Made by a program: the position numbers and the translations under genes | Assembly (NCBI GenBank): GCA_008690995.1 | Contig: VRMN01000001.1 | Coordinates: 3,286,001 to 3,350,000 of the forward strand | Reading direction: 5' to 3' | Source of the DNA: Porphyridium purpureum | Lineage: Eukaryota | DNA: 64,000 nucleotides | In this document: positions 21,643 through 32,954 of the stretch, in pieces | How positions within the stretch are numbered: position 1 is the stretch's first letter | Layout of the letters: each line of letters begins with the position of its first letter | Notes under the pieces: model-generated | The model's input: the letters and a program-made list of their open reading frames with translations, nothing else | Databases searched by the model: none | What the model was told of the DNA's origin: nothing

Positions 21643-24600
21643 TCACTTTCGTGCTCGGCTGGCTCGGCGCTTCTCCTTCTTTCGATCTGAAGCGGAGATG
21701 CGCGTGTCTGCGGTAGTGGCACCGTCATGGCCGCCATGGATAAGGGCGTTGCCATCTGCGGGCCAGCCGCCTGGTCCACCAGTCGCGAGCGCGGGCAAAG
21801 TAGTGCTGCCGACGGGCACCGGCACGCTGCTTTGAACCAGAGCTGGGCCATTGGGATACTGTCGCAAGTAGATATGTGGGTTGAGAGGGTGGTCCGAGTC
21901 CACAAAGAATAGGTCTGAGTGCTTCAGAAGGAATCGCTTCAGACCGCCGAAACGCTCCTTGAGAACGGCCCCCCAATCCTGACGCCCAAATGTGGATCGC
22001 AAGTATTGCCCAATCTCACCGATCAGTAGGCAACCGTTCTCGGCCAGAATTTGGGTGAGAAACGCAAGTAGACCCAGCTCGCTCACTTGACTGTGCACAT
22101 ACAGTCGCACGTACTCGAGATTATTCCGCAGCGCCGTCGAATCGGCGAGGAACGGATTCTGGTTTGGGAAATACGCCAGCGCGCCTGTGCATACAAGATA
22201 TTCTCGCGGGTACAACGCGGCTTCGCTCGGCGAAGCGCGCTGATAATGGCGACCCGCCAGCGCATTGGGCAGATTCAATGCCAGCGTGTCTGGCACCGGA
22301 CTATTGAACGATTTCTCGAGCAAAAGGCCCAGATTGGACACCTCAGTTTGCCACACCGACAAATGGCGCTCTACAGCCGAGCCAAATAGCTCTCGCAAGC
22401 TGGCTTGGGAAGGGCTTGCGCAAAATTTTTCACCTGCCTTGACTCCTTTCTGGAAGCCGCGTGCAATGACAGGAATGCTCTTCTTGTTCATCCAGCGGTT
22501 CACGTTGCTCGCACCATCGAGAGGGTCGAAAACGTTCATCGATCCAGAAACGATCGCGCGGCTGGCTGGAAACGACGCACTGACAAATGCAAGTTGCGGC
22601 GATGATCCCGAGGGTGCTTGTGCTTGCGTTTCGAACGCCGCGTGATGCGCGTCACTACTGCCGCCCGCATCCGACGTGCGCGTCACGTAGAACGCGTTCA
22701 GAAAAGAAGGAGTGATCAGCAAATCGTCAGCCAAGCTTGCCACGGATGTATTTGAGCCCAACCCAGACACCGATGCGATCGACCCGTCTTTCAATTTGAG
22801 AGGGCCATGAATGCTGATGCCCCACACTAACCAGTCGATGCGGGAGTAAAACGCAAGAAAACGAAGCAGCGCATCGCACGGTGTATGCATCACTGCATGG
22901 TATGCGTTGAACAGGTAAATGACCATGATTTCAACGGCCTTCACAGAGAGTCCATCATGCAGCTGAGCAGGAGACTGCGGTGCGCACTCTTCGCTCGCAG
23001 CTGCCCATCCTGAGCTCGAACCCAATACTTCTTGGGACGAGATATAAGACTGAATGCTGGCCGGGGCGTCATCAAAAAAGTTCTCTTCGAGAATGCGAGC
23101 ACCGTACATGCACCAAGCGAGGATCACTGTCAGCGAGCGCTTGACCAGATTCCGCTTTCCGACCAGCTGGTCAAATTCATCCATAAAAAACGCAAAGTTC
23201 ATGCTGTTCACTTGGTTTAAGCTCACACGTACTCGCAGCTTTTCTGGCCCACGAAACGTCACACACGGAGAACTCCCGGCCTCACGATGTCGAAAGGTTA
23301 CACCAGATACACTCAAAGCGTCCCTTTCCTTTATCCGCAACTGGTGCTGCTGCTGCTGCTTTCCGTCTCGTAATTTTCCATCCTCGGTCATAGGCCCCCC
23401 TCCATGCGCACAAGTCGATGAAGATCCGGCACAACTACACGCAGACGACGAGTCGTGCGGTGACCGCACCTTACCAAGCACCACACTCTCACAAAGACAT
23501 GACATGAGGCGCACGCACCAACTCAGATTTTGCGCGTCCATGGCTTCGCTTGCTTCGCTATGGTGATTCGGTCCCTCGGACCCCGGCCCGGCCCCGGCCC
23601 CGGCCCCGGCCCCGGGCCCCGGCCCCGGCCCCGGCCCCGGACCCGGACCCGGACCCCGCAACAAGAAACACGCCTACATCTAACGTGCTATCCGCAAGGT
23701 AGCACTTGTATGCAAAGCCGCCAAAACAAAATGTCTGTCCGTTCAGCGCTGCTTTGACAACTGCGGCCGTATACTCAAACACAGCAACACGTAGAACCTC
23801 TAGAAATTGATTCGGCATGATCAAATCAACCAGTCGGTCAACCAAGTGGACCGCTGCTGGACTAGAACGCAACCTCTCCTTTTGGCTACTCCTGTTGGCT
23901 TGACTGAAGTTGTTGCTCATTCCAGAGCTGTTATCGCGCATGCGCCGTGACGCGATCGATTCATCAATGTCTTCCGCGTCGCTAAGTTGCATTCTTTCAA
24001 TGCCTGCCGCGTCAGCCGAAAACGATCGTGGTGAAAATGGGGGCTGATGAAGTCCCAAGCGACTGAGGTAACCCATCCTAATAGAGGAGGAAGACAACTT
24101 GTCGGGAAAACCCGCGGCACCCTGTATCACACCATTTGCACTTGCACCCACGCTGCTCATCGCGCCCATCTCAGAGCCTGCACGTCCCACTCCAACACCC
24201 AAACCTGGCTGCAAATGGGAAGATGAAAAGAGAGACGCCGAGTTGGGGTTTGCAGCCTTTTCCATTCCCGCATCGCTCACAAAAGCACCCTCCAAATGTT
24301 GCTGCGGCTGTCGCGACAGCGGCGCCGCAAGTTCATTGCTAGCTGAACGCCCTCGGCACGTACGAAGGGACAGAGGTGGTTCTGACACGCCTCGGAACAG
24401 GAAGCCTTCAAACAATTCAAGAACATTTTTCCAGCCCACACGTTCAGCGAAACTGGCAAACAACGCACCGAGCTCGAAAGCATCCTGTCCAGAGCCTGTG
24501 TACACAGCATTGGCTTCGGCACGAGCAGTCCCTGCACACGCCGAACCACTGTGCTCAACACGCCCTGTCTCGCCCTGTACGTCTGATGGCACCTGTGGCT

Positions 24601-27001
24601 GAGGGAACTCCTGGAAATTAAAGGAGACAGAGTGCTGCGGGCGACTCAGATACCTGGAGCGGAAGTAATCGCTTCCATGTTGACTCCCTCGCCGTTCTGC
24701 CAGATCCAGCATTGAGGTACCCTTGGAAATCGTGACCGAGAGCACCTTGCCCAATTCATTCTCCGGATTGATCATGTCGCTCGGCCATTCCATCCCGTCA
24801 TCGTCGTCGCTATTTTCTGTAGAGGTATTCGGGTAAGCATCCATAGAAATAACTTGTCCAGCAAGTAGGCCCTTTCCGGATGCAGGATTTGCCTCTTCTT
24901 CTCTGTGCTCAATCTCAGCGAGCAAGCGCGTAAGCTGATCTTGCGCCGATGAAGAAATGCGCACACGTCCCGTGAAGGCTGGACGGGTGCTCTTCTCCAC
25001 AACTGCCTTGAGCTGCATTTTCAGTGCATCCATGCTTGGGCTCGGCTTGAAGCCGGAAGTCGGCCGCACGATCGAAGCACCCGGACCAAACGCAGAAACG
25101 TGCGGCGGTTGCGGAAAGCTTTCTTCTACGGTTGAGTAGAGGCCTTGGCCCGGCAAAAAGTACGTGCCCTGATGTACCGAAGTCATGGGTGAATCAAACG
25201 AGTCTTGTAAGATTTCCTCTACTCGGTTCTCAAAAACCTTGATCATATCTTCCTCGCTCATACTTTCTATCGCGTGAACTGCTGCTGTTCCTGCATTGCC
25301 GGCGCCGGTCGAGGGCATCACGGACGGAGGCAAGCCTCCTTCATTCTTGGAAACCGTGTCCAAAGGTGGCGACGATGGTGAGACAGACGGATACACACGT
25401 GCTGAAGACGGCGGTGGCTCGGATTCGGGGCCTCGTGAGTTCTGGCGTTGTTGCGCAGCATGCGGGCCCATACCTTTCTCCTTCCGTATCGGGGGCGGTG
25501 CATGGAGATCTGTTACGCTCATTCCCGAGTACTTACTGAAAAGTGCGTCGAGCGTACTGCTCTGCTCCTCCCTAAAATGCGACTCAGCCACGTATCGTGC
25601 ATCAATGACGCGAGGGAATGTTCGTGCAATGGCTTGTGTGATGCAAGCTTCGACGTACTGCGTAGTATGATGATTTTGTGGATACAGCACTAGCTGTGAG
25701 ATCCATTCATCAGGCTGTGGAGCATAAAAGGCATGTCTCAACAACGCAAGCTCCTCCAAACCATCAAACACGACGACAGGCACGCGACTTTTCCTGATCA
25801 TCTTAATCACACGAGCACCAACGCCTTGAACCTCGGGAAATGGATCCAGAACATCGGAATTCCAATTCCACACCCCGCTTGCGCTCTTCGCCATGCTCTG
25901 CTCTACTGTTGACGACATGCGCTCTCTCACTTCGGAGTATACTGACGATGATGCATGCTGGTACCTGGCGCTATCCCTGCTGTGCGAGGCCCTGCCATTA
26001 GACGTGGACGAAACGATCATGTCTGTGCTTGGCGAGGGCCACAAGAACGAGTTGTCCGTGTCTGGCGTCATTCGTGAGCTGTCTTTCACCGTTCCTGCGG
26101 GTGTAGAAGCCGATGGCATGCTCGGAACTAGGTACGGAATGCCACGCGTTAACGCGTGCTCAACCGAAACCCCGCGTCGCAGCAAGTGCTTGAGCGAGTT
26201 CATGTAAGCATACTGGTTGAGAGGACAAAACAGAATTGTAAAGGTCTTCATCGCATAGCGCACAGTTGTCGACGCCCGTGATGACGCAGATCCATGCCTG
26301 AGTGGGGCGGCACTGCTGCCGTTGGTGCCTTCGCCTGAGAATTCCCGAGTATGTTCGCGCTGTTGCTTCGGATGCATTCGCCGAAAGACTGAAATTGAGA
26401 GCTCGAGAATGCCAGCCTCGGCGCGGAGGTCACGAGCAAACTGCTGAAGGCGCTTGTGCGTTGTTGAACTCTCCACCAAAGACATGGAAGACGAATGTGT
26501 CACCTCGCTGTCGAATACAGACGAGGAAAAACTGGTCGACGGTGTTAAACCAGAATGATGGGCGCCTGTGTTGACAGTGTCGTCGTCAACATCATCACTG
26601 CCACTGCCGCCATCACCATCATCAATTACGTCAGCATCGAGATCATTGCACGTGACTTTGGGCGACGCATCTGCAGAGGCGCGTTGTGCGTCTGCAGTTC
26701 CATGCCGAGCACGAGCAGCTGGCTTTCCACTGGCCGGGTAGGCGGTACTGTTCTCTACAGAGGCTTGTCCATGGACGCTGCTACTTGGCGCCGGCTCCGC
26801 TGCTGGTACCCCGGGTGCGCGACTTTTCGACTTTCGCAGGGCTGAGCGGGCCGCAATCGCCGCGGAGATGGACACGAACGTAGCCTGCTGTATTTGCTTG
26901 TCCAGAAGCGGGAGCACTTGGTCGGCATTGTATCTATCAATGCGCACTACCGCCTTATCCTTGAGTAATTCCGCATGCTCTTGCTCATGCTGCCGCGGCA
27001 T
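21643..27001 (-). CDS. Fusion of a degenerate CAF1/PARN-like ribonuclease, a degenerate PAP/OAS1-type nucleotidyltransferase and a C-terminal winged-helix-like domain; frame broken near 23615
   Basis: ORF 27001-23558 carries PARN-like blocks and the NTase N-lobe (IMPNQFLEVLR...FCFGGFAYKCYLADSTLDV). ORF 23664-21643 continues the same NTase (FDQLVGKRNLVKRSL..ILAWCMYGARIL, LLRFLAFYSRIDW, NVFDPL). Removing one base joins the two ORFs. Confidence 0.75.
23578..23657 (-). repeat. GGGGCC/GGGTCC hexanucleotide repeat (~13 units) inside the coding sequence
   Basis: Direct read; encodes GSGSGS-GAGAGA and contains an extra C at the frame break. Confidence 0.92.
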
Positions 27002-28121
27002 GTCCGTGCGGAACTCTATTTCCCGGCCGTGTTTGTCTGTGCGACGCGCGCAACACCTGTGTGTTTCTATCCCGCTGTGGCGCGACGTCCGCCTTCACAT
27101 GCTCTGTAAGTTCCACGCAGCAGCTCACGTCTATGCATGCAACCCCTTTCCCTCCCCGCCCCCCTTCTTCCCCGCCGCACGTAATCTCACGGGTTCCCCC
27201 TCCCTGCCCCCTCTTATCCCTCGCTCGTCCTTTCTTGCGCCGGATTTCTGCCCTGTCCTTAGTGCCCGCGCGAGGCACGAATCGGTTCAGCTCACACAAA
27301 CCACGATTTAAAACGGTTAAACGATCCGGCTGCAACCGTTTCAGCAGTCTGCAGCAAAGAACAGGAAAAACGAGAGGAACGGTCCACGGTTTAACGGTCT
27401 GCGGTTTACGGGCCTAACCGATAGCGCCGGGGTGCGTGTGTAGCGCGATACCACGACGGTGGGCGTGGCGAGAAGGCGCCTGGAGAGCATGGCGCGTTGA
27501 AGTCCAATAGTGCCGCGCAGGCGGCTCGACGCAGAGCGTGTGGCCACTGCCGAGCCCGTTGGCTGCAAAACCCGGAATGTGCATCGCGCGTGTGAGTTGT
27601 TGCGTGCGGACGGCAGCTGGTTCACGATCGCGCGGCGCGAGATTTCCAGGCACTGTCGCCCCGAGCGATGCCGACTCGACATGGACGGCACGCGGTTCGA
27701 GTGTACTTTGTGTACAGTGCGTCCAGCGTGCGAAATGACACGCGAAAAACGGAGTACTGCGGTTGGCGATCTCGTCCCGCTTGTCTTTGTCTATGTAAAT
27801 GGGTGTTTTGGGAAGGTAAGAGCGGCACAGGCTGTGCGCTACAGCTTAGGGATTGTGTAGGAGAGAGAGAGCGGTGTTGCTCTTAGTGACTGATTCTAAA
27901 ACGCGGTGGTTTTCATACAAGCGCGTGCGCCCGCCGCGTCGAACCGTCTGGATGACGGTCGCGTAGTTTGGAGCAAGAGATAGTAGCAGAGATGACTATG
28001 GAAGGTATGACAAGGTTTTTGGCTTTCTAGGTAGGAATGCGGGGAAGGTAGGGTGGGTGCGGGTTGGGGGTGCGGAGTGGGGATGCGGAGTGGGGGTGCG
28101 GGGAGTGGGGTGTGAGTGCCA

Positions 28122-28172
28122 GAGACAGAGAGAGAGAGAGAGAGACAGACAGACACACACACACACACACAG
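28122..28172. repeat. Compound (GA)n(GACA)n(CA)n microsatellite in the ClpS 5' leader
   Basis: Direct read. Confidence 0.85.
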
Positions 28173-28197
28173 AGAAGGCGAGGTGGTCGTGGTCAGG

Positions 28198-28803
28198 ATG
28201 GCGTACGTGGTGGTGGTGCCGGGTAGTGGTAGGAACAGTAGGAGCAGCGGCGGCAGCGGCAGCAGTAGGCGCGCACGTGCGGCGCCGGCCACGACCACAT
28301 GTGACGCCGCTAGGGTCGCGGCGGTCAGCCCGGGGAGAGATGCGCGGTGCAGGAGCGTGGCCGCTGTCAGCGAGGGCTCCGGGCAGTTTGTGCGGGCGCC
28401 GCGGGTGGGCGCGGCTCGCATGATGGCGGATATTGGAAAGGGGAGCCCGAATATTGGCGGCGGCAAGTTCGAGCAGGACACCAGCCGAGGCAATGTGATC
28501 ACGATTCAGAAGCCCGAGGTCAAGAAGAAGTCGGAGCGCAAGTCCGAAACCGAGAAGGAGAAGAATTGGCGCGTGCTGTTGCACAACGACGACGTGCACA
28601 CCTTTGACTATGTAACGGGCATTATAGTGCAGGTCGTTCGCACCGTTTCCAGGAGGAAGGCGCACCGCATAACCATGACCGCGCACTCGCACGGCATTGC
28701 CACCGTCACGACCACGTGGAAGGCAATGGCCGAGGAATACTGTAAAGGCTTGCAACGGCAGGGGCTAACGTCTTCGATCGCCCCAGACTCCTCGTTCTCG
28801 TGA
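28198..28803 (+). CDS. clpS: Plastid ClpS N-degron adaptor
   Basis: WRVLLHNDDVHTFDYV, AHRITMTAHSHG and AEEYC..L..QGLTSSIAP; Ser/Arg/Ala-rich transit peptide beginning MAYV. Confidence 0.92.
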   Translation: MAYVVVVPGSGRNSRSSGGSGSSRRARAAPATTTCDAARVAAVSPGRDARCRSVAAVSEGSGQFVRAPRVGAARMMADIGKGSPNIGGGKFEQDTSRGNVITIQKPEVKKKSERKSETEKEKNWRVLLHNDDVHTFDYVTGIIVQVVRTVSRRKAHRITMTAHSHGIATVTTTWKAMAEEYCKGLQRQGLTSSIAPDSSFS

Positions 28804-28971
28804 GCAGCGCATGCAGCTACATGTTTTTGCGCTGGCCAAGTCTTTGGGGCACCGGTCGCACATTTCTATAAAGCCGCCTTCACGTTCTTGGAAATGCGCT
28901 AATCCTCCACCGTCAAATCCAACTCGCTCACTTTTCACTTCCACCCAAACCAGAAACCAAGTTAAGCGAAG

Positions 28972-29844
28972 ATGGCGGCGCGGTGTACATTCTGTCCGGT
29001 ACCTTTGCCGCGACTGCCATGCAAATATGCCGGAGCTAGGCCCATGCTATCATCGCGCCAACCCAGTCCGGTCTGCGCTTCTCAAACGGTACGCCTGTGC
29101 TCCAAGGCGGTGTCCGCAGAATGGTATGCTTCGCAGCTTGGCGCGATTGCCGCTGGCGAGCAGGCGAGGGCGGTCTCGGAGAACTGTGCGAGAGGGCTAG
29201 AAGAGGTGATTACACAGTGTTTCCCACTATACGATGGCCATCGCGGGCTCGTCTCCTCCAATGCCTTCATGGGTTGCTTGTTTTTGTGTGGCCCCGGGTG
29301 GACGGGCAAAGTTGGGCTGGCCGCCGCTCGACGATTAGCGGCGCGCGGAGTCGCGGTCGCGGTCGTCGCGATGGGAGCAGAGACCAGTGAAGAATGTGGC
29401 GTTGATGTGCTTGACTTTTTCCCTCGTACATTTGCTCAGTACTACGACGTTGTCGTGGATTGCGTTTTAGGCGCAGAGGCGGGTTGCTCGTCGCAAGCAA
29501 CTTCCGGTGTAGAAATGCAAATAGAGCGATGTCTGGCTGAAACGCGACGCTCCTTTTCACTGGTCACAGTCGACTACGCGCACTGGTGGCAGTCGAATCA
29601 AGGAAGAGAGCGCCAGGGGACTGTCGAAGACGAACAAGGATCCTTGCAGCCCGATGTGCTCATTTCACAGGGGCTCCCTGTTCGAGAGGCTAGCGAAAAG
29701 TTTCGCGGATCATTTCATTTTATCACCGCTCCACACCTTCAAGAGCTGTTGCGTAAAAGCGGTGCCGGTATCGATCACACAGAGCTTCCCAGTTTTCCGC
29801 GCGATCAAAATGCAGTCGTGCTTTCCAGTCGACTGGCGTTGTAA
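28972..29844 (+). CDS. YjeF_N (NAD(P)HX epimerase-like) domain protein, divergent
   Basis: LFLCGPG..G..GLAAARRL, YDVVVDCVLG, LVTVD...W and LQPDVLIS match the NAXE layout. Confidence 0.65.
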   Translation: MAARCTFCPVPLPRLPCKYAGARPMLSSRQPSPVCASQTVRLCSKAVSAEWYASQLGAIAAGEQARAVSENCARGLEEVITQCFPLYDGHRGLVSSNAFMGCLFLCGPGWTGKVGLAAARRLAARGVAVAVVAMGAETSEECGVDVLDFFPRTFAQYYDVVVDCVLGAEAGCSSQATSGVEMQIERCLAETRRSFSLVTVDYAHWWQSNQGRERQGTVEDEQGSLQPDVLISQGLPVREASEKFRGSFHFITAPHLQELLRKSGAGIDHTELPSFPRDQNAVVLSSRLAL

Positions 29845-30066
29845 CGGAGGGCCAGGCCTTCTGCAGGAATGCGGCAGGACGGGTTCAGCAAATTGTGGCT
29901 GCGGTCATACTGTGACCTTGATGGACGCTGCACCTCTTCCAAAGCAGCAAACTCGGAACCTTTTGCCGCACGCCGCTGCTCGGCACACGATATGCGCAGA
30001 ACAGAGCAATGTATAGAAGTGAAAAAAAAAACAAAAACAAAATTGAACCCACAGCGCTCGGCCAAA

Positions 30067-31116
30067 TCATATTCTTTGCGAAGCGCCGACCTTCTCTTGG
30101 AGCAAGTAGTCGACGAGAGAGCACTCTGGCGCGCTACTCCAAGACTGAGGGGTTGAGGACAAGAATGTGACACGTCCGCTGCCCTTCTTTCCTTGCGGGC
30201 GTGTGAATGAGTGCACAAAGTAGTACTGCGCGAGACCATGCAACAGCATCCGCTCATAAGAGCTTTCCATTTCCACTGGTGTGCGTAAGTTTGGAATGAG
30301 AGCGACTTCGCTCACGAGACCTTCCAGTTTGCGCAGGCTCGATTCACACGACTCGACTTTGGACAGCATCACGCCTTGCGCCTTGCGACTGACCTTGGCG
30401 AAACGATACGGAGCCGTTTCCGCGCAGCCCGTTGAGTGCTCCGAGTTCGTGTTCTGCTTCCCTCGTGCGTTCTGGGTGCACCTGGTCGTTCTCGGCTGGA
30501 GCTCGGAAAGGAATTGCTCTTGTTCCTCCTCAGTGACGTTTAGAAATGGCGCAAAGGAAGTGCTCGCTGTTTGCGAATCGTGCAAGTCGTTGAACACAGA
30601 CGTGTACGAAACGGCGAAAATCTGCCGCAGTTCGGCCGGGTCGTAGAGGTCAAGCGAGTCGCCACGTTCATGGCGCACTCGAAGGGCGCATTTCTGAAGG
30701 TACATATCGTTCAGGGCACGTCGCATGCGGCGGCTAACTGCCGGGCGGCGTTTCTCGGTCTTTTTCGACGCCGAGCTTGGCGGGGTCGAGCTGCCGACCG
30801 CCGCCGAGTTTCCGCCCGAAACTGCCACTGCTGAGCCTGACACGGCTGGTGGACCGAAGAAGCCGGCCTTCAAGCCATGACTCTGGTTTCCAACGCCCAA
30901 GCTCTGCGTGGACGACGGGAGCCCTCGGTACTGTTCCTCGCTTTTCCGGCGCCTTGGTGCGGCGCCATCGACGGAGCATCTGCGTCTGCGCTCCCGCTCG
31001 GCCGCCACTTTCATCAACGCCGGCGAGAGCGCATGGTCCTGGTCGACGTGCTCGCCCGAGCCCAGATGCGCGCGGCTGTAGCCCATGGCCACATGGTACT
31101 CGTGAGCAAACGACAT
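30067..31116 (-). CDS. R3H-domain protein (R3HDM4-like, with an R3H-associated N-terminal region)
   Basis: SSYERMLLHGLAQYY (RxxxH), preceded by RRMRRALND and TEEEQEQFL blocks. Confidence 0.75.
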   Translation of the reverse strand: MSFAHEYHVAMGYSRAHLGSGEHVDQDHALSPALMKVAAERERRRRCSVDGAAPRRRKSEEQYRGLPSSTQSLGVGNQSHGLKAGFFGPPAVSGSAVAVSGGNSAAVGSSTPPSSASKKTEKRRPAVSRRMRRALNDMYLQKCALRVRHERGDSLDLYDPAELRQIFAVSYTSVFNDLHDSQTASTSFAPFLNVTEEEQEQFLSELQPRTTRCTQNARGKQNTNSEHSTGCAETAPYRFAKVSRKAQGVMLSKVESCESSLRKLEGLVSEVALIPNLRTPVEMESSYERMLLHGLAQYYFVHSFTRPQGKKGSGRVTFLSSTPQSWSSAPECSLVDYLLQEKVGASQRI

Positions 31117-32954
31117 GAGCGCGGAGCACACCCAGCCCGCCTTTGGCCGGGCGCAATCTTCGTGGAAGTGGCTTAGAACGACGTCTCTACACTGAGATGG
31201 CGAAGAGCGCTTTCAAGCTTGACCGGTCCTTCACCCTTTGCCCGTGAGGAGTCGTGGGAGTATCCGAGGCTGCAGCGCACACATGGCTACTTCAACATCT
31301 TGAGCTCCTTGCGCACGGCTCAGGAAGGCGGTACAGTTCCACCCACGCGGGCATGAGCGTTACTTGGGCTCTATGCAAACGCGTTGATTTTGTGGAGCGC
31401 GTTTTGTGTGTTACGGTTCCGTGTCCTGCTCATGTACAGCTAGGCAGCAGCCAGAGCGGGGCGCGCGCGCATCGAATCTCAGATCTTTTGTTCTGAAACG
31501 AACGAGAAAAATGAGCATCGCAGCGTCACTCCTATGAAAACACAGCTGCGGTGTGATAAACGCGACGCATGCGGCAAGTTGATACTAAAACGAACGCGTT
31601 TGCATATGGGATTGAAAGGGAGTAGTGTACAGTGAACCGGTAACATGTAACCGGTTTAAACGGTTGAATCCACACGCAGTCGCAACAGTTGCCGGCTGCT
31701 GTGGCGAAGGAAAGGTTTGCAGGGGTGAAGAATGGCAGGGGTTGCTGAAGCCACCGTTCGTCAAAAACATCCGGTTCGACAAGTGGTGACAGAGTTGAAG
31801 CTGTCTCATCACCGCCGGGAAAAATGTAGGTAGGTTGTGAAGTATGATGTCATACCACTGCACCAGACCGTGCTCCTGTGTCGAAAGCGTCTACTCTCTC
31901 GCTCCTTCCTCTCCATGCCCAACGGCATCACCTGCTTGACGGCGATCTGTGCGGGATCAAATGCGTCCACGAGTGGCAAGACCGACGCAAGGCACGCCCA
32001 ACTGACTCCATCTGACGCAGACCTCACGCATCCCGAACTACACGAGACGCACAGTCCAAGCCATCTCCATCGACCACCACGATAAGCAGCACTATCCAAA
32101 CCGCTCCGCGAAAGGACTGAGAATGAAATTACTGCTTCGCACACCACCATCCCGAGACGGAGCACGTGAGCCGCAATTCGTGGATCCCGTAACTCAACGC
32201 CTTGCCGATGACAGTTCGCTCGTTCGAGCCGCAGAGACGCCTCTCATGAAGACAGACATTGCAGAAGGTGCTGATCTGAATTGCGTGATGCTCGCATTCA
32301 GGTTCCAGACTGATGTCGGCTCCGAAGCCTGTTCTGTGCCATATTGCGGTTCGACATGATTCCCATGACCGGAATATCTACTTGACGTGACGGAAAACAG
32401 GCAAGCCCGGAATGGTCGGCGTCCGGGACGGCGTCCCATCCTGGAGGTCTTTTTATGACAAGGGCCATGCCGCGTTCTCTGGTCCCCTCAGCACCTGCTC
32501 TTGGATGATAAAGAAGAAGAATCTGCCGCACGAATTTCTATACAAGACCTTGAAAGAGAACCTGCAAAGATTCGTCACACAGATTTTCGCCCCTCGCATC
32601 TGAAGCAATGAGAAGCGTCCGACGCGTTACTCGCAGCTCTCTGTATCAGGCACGAATGTCCTTTTCCCGGTCCACAACCTAGTCAACGGAATAGACCGTA
32701 CATGGTTCCAGGCTTGCAACCGCTGGTCTCTCACCCGGCAGGACAAAGTTAAAAGAGCCTGTACTAGACCACGATGTGATACATGTGCCCAGACGTTAGC
32801 TCGTAGCCAGAAGGAACGTTCACGGTATCGCAGTCGCGGAAGAGCCGGGTTTTTCGAGGGCACGTGTAGCTGGTTTCATCGTCCTTTTCGACGTCTTCAA
32901 CGTGTGCCACGCGTCGATGCTGTCACGACGGCGCGAGATCTTTTTTGAGTGTGA

